A stretch of DNA of 26,472 nucleotides from an uncultured Actinomycetes bacterium. GTDB taxonomy: Bacteria > Actinomycetota > Coriobacteriia > Anaerosomatales > UBA912. The notes under the pieces were generated by a model. That model worked only from the letters and a program-made list of their open reading frames with translations, was not told where the DNA came from and made no database searches. Positions 25,638 through 26,472 of this stretch are shown piece after piece; positions within the stretch are counted from its first letter, which is position 1, and each line of letters opens with the position of its first letter. The stretch is from contig CAMTXY010000220.1 of the NCBI GenBank assembly GCA_947085795.1, positions 1 through 26,472 of the forward strand, written 5' to 3'. A program made the position numbers and the translations under genes.

Positions 25638-26471
25638 GTGGTCACCCTCTACGACACGACTCTGAGAGACGGCACGCAGCGCGAGGGGTTGTCGCTGTCC
25701 GTCGACGACAAGGTGCGCATCGCGCAACGGCTCGACGTGCTCGGCATCCACTACATCGAGGGTGGTTTCCCCGGTTCGAACCCCAAAGACGTCGAGTTCT
25801 TCGAGCGTGCGCGTGACCTGGAGCTGGAGCATGCGGTCATCACCGCGTTCGGCTCGACGTGCCGCAAGGACACTGCGGCCGACGCCGACCCCGGGCTCGC
25901 CGCGCTGCTGGAGGCGGGCTGTGCGGCGCTGTGCATCTTCGGCAAGGCGTGGGACATCCACGTGACCGAGACGCTGCATACCTCGCTTCAGGAGAACGTG
26001 CGAATGGTCCACGACAGCGTCGCGTTCCTCAAGGCGACCGGACGCACCGTGTTCTTCGACGCAGAGCACTTCTTCGACGGTTACGCGCACAATGCGGGTT
26101 ACGCGATCGAGGTCTGCCAGGCGGCCGCTGCGGGTGGGGCGGATGCCATCGTACTATGCGACACGAACGGCGGCGCCATGCCGCACGAGGTCCTGCGGGT
26201 TGTGAACGCCGTCGCGCTTGTGGTCGACGCGCCGCTGGGCATCCACGCGCACAACGACGCGGGCTGCGCGGTCGCCAACTCGCTCATCGCCGTGGACGCC
26301 GGGTGCGTCCACGTCCAGGGCACGGCCAACGGGTACGGCGAGCGTGCCGGTAACGCCGACCTGCTCACGATCATCCCGTCACTCGTGCTCAAGATGGGCA
26401 GGGAGTGCCTTACCCTCGATCGACTCAAGCTGCTCACCGAGGTGAGCCACTTCGTCGCCGAGACGGCCAAT
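25638..26471 (+). CDS. cimA: Citramalate synthase (LeuA/CimA family), 3'-partial
   Basis: Not in the ORF track because it has no stop in the window. Manual translation MVTLYDTTLRDGTQREG...YIEGGFPGSNPKD...FFDAEHFFDG...GIHAHNDAGCAVANS...QGTANGYGERAGNADL. AGGAGG RBS. Confidence 0.88.
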   Translation, partial: MVTLYDTTLRDGTQREGLSLSVDDKVRIAQRLDVLGIHYIEGGFPGSNPKDVEFFERARDLELEHAVITAFGSTCRKDTAADADPGLAALLEAGCAALCIFGKAWDIHVTETLHTSLQENVRMVHDSVAFLKATGRTVFFDAEHFFDGYAHNAGYAIEVCQAAAAGGADAIVLCDTNGGAMPHEVLRVVNAVALVVDAPLGIHAHNDAGCAVANSLIAVDAGCVHVQGTANGYGERAGNADLLTIIPSLVLKMGRECLTLDRLKLLTEVSHFVAETAN

Positions 26472-26472
26472 C

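Noticed and set aside
1-26472. CRISPR arrays, rRNA genes, intact IS elements or prophage genes
   Set aside because: I saw no repeat-spacer periodicity, rRNA signatures, transposase ORFs or phage structural genes.

Overview
GC-rich bacterial chromosomal window, almost all coding on the + strand. The synteny (topA...tmk-holB-PSP1-tRNA-Thr(CGT); argS-lysA...hom-thrB; rho) suggests Actinomycetota. rlmH, RicT, a short Rho and a zinc-ribbon TopA point to a deep-branching lineage such as Coriobacteriia (inference). Order: topA (5' partial), degenerate nitrilase-fold gene, mdh, fumarase alpha, MFS, fumarase beta, tmk, holB, ricT/PSP1, tRNA-Thr, island scar, htrA, rlmH, recombinase scar, argS, lysA, a regulatory region (DnaA-box triplet, promoter, structured RNA candidate) with a broken PucC/BCD MFS gene, hom, thrB, sppA, metallophosphoesterase, cpgS, pgk2, tal, rho, ilvE, cimA (3' partial). 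Main highlight: the complete cyclic 2,3-diphosphoglycerate (cDPG) synthesis pair cpgS + pgk2, known from archaea, is coupled to a CpdA-like metallophosphoesterase, a candidate cDPG hydrolase. Three spacers carry gene remnants: an integrase tail fused to a probable DUF499 defence-ATPase tail at tRNA-Thr, an integron-integrase-like fragment after rlmH, and a twice-deleted PucC gene after lysA. All family calls come from motif recognition by eye; no searches were run.
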